From positions 28,458 to 92,457 of the forward strand of contig CAWHNM010000024.1 in the NCBI GenBank assembly GCA_963830665.1: a stretch of 64,000 nt of DNA, read 5' to 3'. Shown piece after piece: positions 58,211 to 64,000 of the stretch; position 1 is the stretch's first letter, and each line of letters opens with the position of its first letter. The position numbers were made by a program, and so were the translations under genes. The notes beneath the pieces were generated by a model. The model saw only the letters and a program-made list of their open reading frames with translations, had not been told where the DNA came from and did not search any database. This DNA comes from an uncultured Chloroflexia bacterium. GTDB taxonomy: Bacteria > Chloroflexota > Anaerolineae > Anaerolineales > Villigracilaceae.

Positions 58211-58814
58211 TCAATCCTGGCTGGTAGAGCTTGCCAGATAAAGATAGCGGGCATGCAAGCCTTGCTCGATCGCCTGGGAAATCCCTTCTGCGTCACCCAG
58301 GCGATTTTCATAAATGAACAGATTGCCTTCGACTTCGAATAGCAATTTTAAATCCGCCAGAACCTGCTTCCTCCGCAATGCCAGTTTCAATTTCTGGATC
58401 GTTTCCACATAGTTTTCACTAAAGTAAATGCTATCGATCGAAAGTACAACGTTATAGTTATTCTCAGGAAGCTCGAGTTGGTTGATATCGCCGTTAATAA
58501 AAGCCAGCCGGCCTGCCTGCCTTTGAGACTGTCCGGGCACGTGCCTGTTGGATGGCTTGAGCTATATAGTCTAATCCAGTGACATGGGCGCCGGTTTTAT
58601 CGGATAGATATTCGGCGATCAGACCATTGCCACAACCCAGATCCAGTACACGGCAAGACGAGTCAAGCTGGACCACGCTCAGCAAGAGCTCAAGCTGCCT
58701 AATATCCATAAAGCCATGCTGGCAGAGATCCTTCCCAAAAACGCGCTCGCAGAATAAATGATGGGCCTGGCTGTGCTCGACAGCGGCATAGAAGGCATTA
58801 TAGAAATCTTTCAC
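58211..58814 (-). CDS. class I SAM-dependent methyltransferase; frame break near 58500-58540
   Basis: ORFs 58494..58814 (VLDLGCGNGLIAEYL motif I) and 58211..58540 (..VVLSIDSIYF..). GTG start. Confidence 0.7.
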
Positions 58815-58880
58815 ATTACTCCTACATGCAGTTTGGGCCGGTCGAACAGAGAGTGTTGGAAGCCAGCCTCGGTAAATATA

Positions 58881-60365
58881 TTATATGCCCGGCGGAGGCT
58901 GGAAGGGTCCGGTCGCCCGTGACAGTTGTTCGGCGACGGCCAGCACGGCCATATCGCTCCAGCGTTTCCCGACGACTTGCATGCCAAAAGGCAAGCCTGA
59001 CTTTGTACGCCCCAGTGGAATTACAACCACTGGATTGCCGGTAAAATTGAACATGGCGGTGTACATGCTGGTAGCTAAAGTATATGGGATCTTCCGGCCA
59101 TCCACTTCGACTGTTGCGCTTAATTGCTCAACAGGATTCCGGGATTGGAGATGCGGGTAAGCCGGCAAGGCTGCCACCGGGCATAACCAGGCATCCCACC
59201 CGGTCAGGAAATTCTCCATCTTGGCGATGAAACCATCGCGTTGAGAAAGCGCACCTGCATATTTTTTCAGACCGGCCCCGGCGCCTTGCAGCAATCCGCG
59301 GCCGATGGGATTCGAGCCGGGCACCAGTCCAGCCACAGCCCGCCAGAAAGACCTGGGCAGGTGCATGGGCGCTGACCGGACTGTTAGAGCAGCTTCTTTG
59401 AGCAGCCCATAAACCTGCAGCGCCTGAGCGTAATCAAACCCGGCGGGATCGCGGCGCTCCACATGGCAACCAGAGTGGGCCAATTCGCCGGCCAGGTCTG
59501 CCAGGGCAGCCTTGATCTCTGTCGCAACCGGGACGCCAAAATCATCGCTCCAGGCAATCCGAAGTTCACGCAAATCGCCGTTCCGGAGCGGGCAATAACG
59601 GCTACAGGCGGCACTTCCCATTCCGCGCTCATCCGGCCCGGCGATGATTTCCAGAACCAGGCGCAGGTCTTCAACAGAGCGGGCTAACGGCCCGGGAGTC
59701 TAAAAATTGACGCAATAGACCGCGGCCTTGGCTGCCGGGTGGTGGTGGGATATGACCGGTAAATGGCACCCGGGTATCGCTTGGCTTGAGGCTGAAGATG
59801 CCGCAAAAGTGGGCCGGGTTGCGCACCGATCCGCCAATGTCGCTGCCGATGTCCAGAGGGCTCATGCCGCTGGCTACGGCGGCAGCGCTGCCGCCGCTGC
59901 TCCCTCCAGGAGTCCGTTCAAGGTCCCAGGGATTGTTCGTTCTGCCGAACAAGGGGCTGTTGGTCTGTTCATCGCCCGCCAGCTCGGGTGTGTTGGTTTT
60001 TCCAAGGATGATCGCTCCGGCTGCCCGCAGGCGTGCGACCACCGTGGCATCCTGTTTCGGGACATAATTTGCCAACGGTCTGAAACTGGCGGTGGTGCGC
60101 AGCCCGGCAGTTTCAAAGACATCTTTGATGGTCACCGGCACGCCGTGCAATGGACCCCACACTTCGTCACGAGCCAACGCCTGATCGGCTTCCTTTGCCC
60201 GCCGGCGGGCCTGTTCTTCATCCAGACGTGACGATGGCATTCAAGGAAGGGTTGTGTTTAGCGATCTGGCTCAAATGGGCTTCCAGGACTTCCTGCGATG
60301 AGAGCGAGCGTCCTTGAATAGCACTGGCCAGTTCATGGGCTAGTGAGAAGGGTTAATTCTTTCAT
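58881..60365 (-). CDS. amidase-signature family enzyme (GatA-like); about 3 frame breaks
   Basis: Start MKELTLL..; LAHELASAIQGRSLSSQEVLEAHL in a shifted frame; LHGVPVTIKD; GGSSGGSAAAVASG; C-terminal ORF 58881..59621. Confidence 0.8.
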
Positions 60366-60444
60366 TGGAAATTCTTCCAGGCAAGTTTGGATTTTCATGC
60401 AGACAGGTTTCTTCTGGTTTTTGTTCTTTCGGTCAGCTTCCGGG

Positions 60445-61278
60445 CTAAGCGGTCAGGATGCGCGCCAGCGCGCCGGTAAAGTCCAACATCCAATGGGTGA
60501 CGATCAGCGGTGACAGGCGGCGAAGGCGGGAGAACAGCCAGGGGAAAACCATCCCCACCACCAGGAATTGGAGGAACCGCCAGATTACATACTTCCAATC
60601 CAGAACGAGAGGAAAGAAGACATGATGCAGGGTCCAGGCAAAGCCCACGATCAAAACTGCGGCCCAGGTGCGGTTGGTCAAAGCTTCGATACGCGGAAAA
60701 AGATAGCCGTTGTAGAACGAAGATTCGGTGGGCGACCAGACCACCCACCAGATCACCAGGCTGTATACATTGGCCCATAGCGGTACCCGGGCGAACAATG
60801 TCGAAACAATATCAGGTTGGATGGTTCCATAGACGATCAGGTTGGCAAGGATGGAAACGCCCATGATTGCGATCGGGAAAAGCAGCAGGAACAGGCCTGC
60901 TCCAATCAAGACATCCCGCCAGGCTGGCCTTTTTGGCTGGCTAAACAAGTCCTTCAGATGATAGCCCTCCTTTTTCAAAAATAGATATAGTATCGACAAG
61001 CAGCCAAGGTCGGCAATACTACCAAAAACGTAGAAATAAGGAACCGAGGCAGCCCAGGGAGCGGGGCTGCCTCGCAGCCAGAAGACGAGCGCAGCGACAG
61101 ACTGGGAGGCAAGGCACAAGGCACTTCGGGCGAACAAGATGATAAGCAAGGTGCGCGGTCTGATGAGGCCGGTCGCAAGGTGTGATCGGATCTTGCTTTT
61201 ATCGTATGGATTTCCAGATAGGGTTCGGTCAGCCATTTCATCTCCTGTGATTTTGATCATCTTATCATTCTGATCCAT
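60445..61278 (-). CDS. CPBP-related membrane protein, divergent subtype
   Basis: PTESSFYNGYLFPRI, WTLHHVF, VTHWMLD. Confidence 0.7.
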   Translation of the reverse strand: MDQNDKMIKITGDEMADRTLSGNPYDKSKIRSHLATGLIRPRTLLIILFARSALCLASQSVAALVFWLRGSPAPWAASVPYFYVFGSIADLGCLSILYLFLKKEGYHLKDLFSQPKRPAWRDVLIGAGLFLLLFPIAIMGVSILANLIVYGTIQPDIVSTLFARVPLWANVYSLVIWWVVWSPTESSFYNGYLFPRIEALTNRTWAAVLIVGFAWTLHHVFFPLVLDWKYVIWRFLQFLVVGMVFPWLFSRLRRLSPLIVTHWMLDFTGALARILTA

Positions 61279-61287
61279 AAACTCACA

Positions 61288-61327
61288 CTGTCAAAGGGGG
61301 AGTTTATAACCTGTCCATATGGCTGGG
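61288..61327 (-). repeat. bipartite element, truncated copy 13 (minus orientation, no 3' arm)
   Basis: Minus strand: CCAGCC-atat-GGACAGG ttataaa CTCCCCC tttgacag. Begins at the stop codon of the remnant ORF. Confidence 0.6.
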
Positions 61328-62257
61328 TCACAATGATTTCCTCAACCGCCAGGAAGCCGGCAGGTAAAACTCGAGCGCATAGAATGCCTGCGGAAACCGG
61401 GGTCGAGACGGGTAAGGAAGGCTGATGGAGTTATCGAAATATAATGATGGCAGCCCGCAGGTGAACTTCTCGGCAGTGACTCTCTCTGCTGATTGGGGAA
61501 GGTAGGTGAACCTTAAAAGTGGCCAGCGGAAATATGCTGCTTGCGGTTCTGAAGTCTTCCTTCAATAATCGTTTTTGCTCGTCCTCCGGCCGATTGTTCC
61601 TCGATCCCGAATGAGACGCGCTGAGACCACACCTGTGAGGAAATTCTGGAAAAAGATTTCGATTGCGCTGGTAAATAACAGGAAAATCGGCAGCGAATTG
61701 ATTTGCCATATCAGCGGAATAATTCCTCCAATGGCGAACAGCAACCAACCGGTCAGTCTCATTAAATTTCGCCGGGTTCCCGAATCGATGAGCGCGGCTC
61801 CGATCAGGGCAGAAGTGAAAGACTTGGAAACCGAGAAGGAGGTGTGCGGGGTACTTTCCTGACTGTTGTGATAGACCTGCAGGATGATCCGGTCATCCCG
61901 AACCATAATGAAGGCAGCCGTTTCAGTACGCCGGATCAGTTCTTGCAAATTCTCGGTGCGGAATTTGCCCTTGTAGAGATAGGTCACTTCGGCTGGTACC
62001 TGAATGGGTCCCACCGGAAGGGGCGAAACGGTCGGTCCGTTGGCAATGGCGCGAACTGGGAACCGGTTGATGTCACCTGTATCCGACGTGCCCATTGTCA
62101 AAATCCGCCAGGCATACACCGGTGAATTAAAGACGCTCATGGCGAAGAAAACAACGATTAACAGTGTGAGGACGGAGCTGATCAAGATGGTGATGAATTT
62201 GAAGAGCTTCTTACCCATATTTTTCCTCTTTGATGGAATGAATTGGTACAAAGTCAC
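61328..62257 (-). pseudogene. chimeric or decayed ORF: serine-hydrolase (beta-lactamase family) N-terminus, in-frame TGA at 61562-61564, duplicated ABC-2 permease tail
   Basis: TM anchor + ..TSFSVSKSFTSALIGAAL (SxxK), then sequence unlike that family. The same frame continues past the TGA to ..FYALEFYLPASWRLRKSL*, matching the C-terminus ..AYALGFYILASWRLRKSI* of the 62278 permease. Confidence 0.55.
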
Positions 62258-62260
62258 ATG

Positions 62261-62277
62261 CCTATTTTATGGATGGG
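62261..62277 (-). repeat. degenerate hairpin-1 remnant after the ABC-2 permease stop
   Basis: Plus strand CCTATTTTATGGATGG aligns with CCTGTCCATATGGCTGG at 61310-61326. Confidence 0.35.
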
Positions 62278-63502
62278 TCAGATTGATTTCCTCAACCGCC
62301 AGGAGGCCAGGATGTAAAAGCCCAGTGCATAAGCTATCAGGACCACTGCAGGCAGCCAGGCCGAGGGTGTGCCCAATCCGCGAATGAGGATGTTCTGGAA
62401 ACCGGTCATCGCCCAGGCGGTCGGGGTCAGGTGTCCGATCGTCGAGAAGGCTTTCCCGGCGCCGTCCAGCGAGAACCACGCCCCACCCAGCCCGGACAGG
62501 GTGAACATGGTGATCAGAGAGTACAGGGATACCTGCTGTTCTCCTTTTGCCATCACCCCGATGAATAGACCTATTCCGGCAATCGCCAGGGAGAGCGCCA
62601 CCATCACCGCCAGCACTGCCAGCGGTGCTTGAAGATAATTCACGCCCAACAGCAATTGGCCGAAGGCCACCAACAGAACCTGCTGCAGAAAAGTCAGGGT
62701 GAACATGGCCAGGAAGTGTCCGGCCATCGCCGCCGCCGGGCTGAGCGAGGTGGTCAGCATGCGTGCCAGCGTACCTTCCTTGCGCTCCTGCAATACGATC
62801 TGCGCGGATGTGATCAATCCGAAGACAGCAAACATCACCAGGATCCCTGGGGAGGCCTGGTTATACGGGTTGCCTCCATAGGGGTCGCCGGCTTTATTCG
62901 CAATAGCCAGCTCAGTCTGGACGCGCGCGGCATTATCAGTCTGCTCCCATTGCGTCAGTGCAGATTGGAAAGCAGAATTGAACTCGGATGAATTCCCGGC
63001 CGCTGTGGGCTTGGATTGTGCGGAAATTGTCTCAACGTTCAAAGTGGCGATCTCCACGCTGCTCATCAACTGCGTGACGGGGATGCGAACCGCCTGGTAG
63101 AGCGTCTGTCCGGTTGCCGAGGCCGGGTCTACCACCAGGGTGAGTTGACTCGGCCCTCTCGCCAAGCCGGTCCTGGCTGAACCCGGACGGGATGAGCAGT
63201 GCCCCGGCAAGCTTGCCCTGGCGGACGGACTCGAGAGCCGAAGATTCTTCCATTGCTTCCAGTCGGACGCTTTCCGAGTTGGACAGCATGGTCTCCAGTC
63301 TCTTCCCGAGCACGTCTCCATTGTCCTGGTCCACCCAGGCCAGCACGAGGCGTGTATCGGCGTTCGGGTCGCCCTGCGACTTGCTGTAAGCAAAGCCCAT
63401 GAAGAGGGTGAAGACAATCGGCATGGCCACCAGGATCATCAGGGAACGCTTTTCCTGGACGATTTGTTTCAGATCTTTAAGCACAATGGCAATGATACGC
63501 AT
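62278..63502 (-). CDS. ABC-2 type transporter permease; frame break near 63100-63200
   Basis: ORFs 63032..63502 (MRIIAIVLKDLKQIVQEKRSL.. N-terminus) and 62278..63417 (large extracytoplasmic loop, then 5 TM). Confidence 0.75.
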
Positions 63503-63518
63503 GACAGCTTCTCCTCAA

Positions 63519-64000
63519 CTAAGCTAACCGGCGGCGGAACATCACGGCTCCACCGGCAAAGGTGACGAATCCAATCGCAAGGCATACTGCGAAAGGCAGC
63601 AGAACTGCACTGGCCGCTCCCCCGTTCAATACTGCCTGCCAGGCGGCCAGCACCCAGCCTTGCGGGGTGAATTTTGAAACCTTGTCGAAGAGCGCCGCAG
63701 CCGCCGGGGCCGCGGTGGTGAACAGGCCGCTTATCATCCCAAGCGCTGCCAGCACTCCGCCCAGCACCGCACCGCCCTGCCGGCTGGTCTTGACGAAGGC
63801 GATGATCAGCACGCCCAGCCCGGACGCGGCGATCACCTGCCCGCACAGGGCCAGAGCCGCCGCGCCTGGATTGCCCCAGTTCACCTGGAAGGCGAAATGT
63901 GAGGCGAACATCAAGACAAGCCCTTGCAGGATCACGGTCAGCACGACGGCCAGGAATTTTCCGGCCAGGATCGACCGTCCGGCTGGTGGGGGTGGTGAAC
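63519..64000 (-). CDS. ABC-2 type transporter permease, C-terminal part (5' end outside window)
   Basis: The open frame runs to the window edge (..RSILAGKFLAVVLTVILQGLVLMF..); hydrophobic C-terminal TM bundle. Confidence 0.7.
   Translation of the reverse strand, partial: SPPPPAGRSILAGKFLAVVLTVILQGLVLMFASHFAFQVNWGNPGAAALALCGQVIAASGLGVLIIAFVKTSRQGGAVLGGVLAALGMISGLFTTAAPAAAALFDKVSKFTPQGWVLAAWQAVLNGGAASAVLLPFAVCLAIGFVTFAGGAVMFRRRLA

Noticed and set aside
25005-61278. Classical bacteriocin/RiPP biosynthetic cluster
   Set aside because: No recognisable precursor with a double-glycine or other leader. No LanB/LanM, YcaO, radical-SAM or peptidase-C39 ABC exporter. The nitroreductase is a plain small NfsB-like type rather than SagB-like. 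Only the CPBP/exporter association remains, and it is reported as a hypothesis.
61562-61564. In-frame TGA read as selenocysteine
   Set aside because: No SECIS-like hairpin immediately downstream. The flanking sequence does not resemble any selenoprotein family. The ORF is otherwise chimeric, so a pseudogene is more likely.
1-64000. Programmed ribosomal frameshifting or recoding as the explanation for the frame breaks
   Set aside because: There are far too many (~35), in unrelated gene families, with no recurrent slippery heptamer or downstream structure that I could see at the junctions. Random indel error is the simpler explanation.

Overview
64-kb bacterial window. I recognised no rRNA, tRNA, CRISPR array, transposase or integrase. 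The left third (1-24 kb) holds five blocks. (1) The 3' end of a group-4 membrane-bound [NiFe]-hydrogenase operon: large subunit, NuoH-like subunit, 2x[4Fe-4S] subunit, maturation protease. (2) A ~6-kb two-component signalling cluster: REC, Cache-HK, REC-HK, GAF-HK, NarL-type RR. (3) A complete four-gene group-3b (sulfhydrogenase-type) [NiFe]-hydrogenase operon. (4) A minus-strand regulatory block: MalT-like STAND/LuxR regulator, an aspartate-less receiver, two tandem NarL-type RR paralogs, a multi-PAS HK. (5) A ParB/Srx-like + HD gene pair. From ~25 kb to ~61 kb the window looks like an accessory membrane-protein island. It contains 12 CPBP (CAAX/Abi) intramembrane-protease paralogs interleaved with small enzymes (nitroreductase, two methyltransferases, CrtI-like FAD oxidoreductase, SDR, M28 peptidase, amidase). 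It also contains a second MalT-like regulator, ABC/MFS transporters, DUF2807-like lipoproteins, many uncharacterised polytopic proteins and several gene remnants. The plus-strand stretch 27-48 kb is divided into operon-like modules by a conserved ~50-nt bipartite element: a CCTGTCC-N4-GGACAG hairpin, an A-tract, then a CTCCCCT...AGGGGAG-T(n) terminator hairpin. I count 9 full copies plus several partial ones. I consider this element-punctuated enzyme+CPBP array the most interesting candidate system here; its function is unknown. Caveat: roughly 35 reading-frame breaks are scattered over otherwise intact-looking genes, core hydrogenase subunits included. That pattern points to indel errors in the assembly more than to real decay, so I report those genes as single merged CDSs and note the breaks. 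Taxon guess (inference only, not checkable here): an anaerobic H2-cycling bacterium, possibly Chloroflexota-like.
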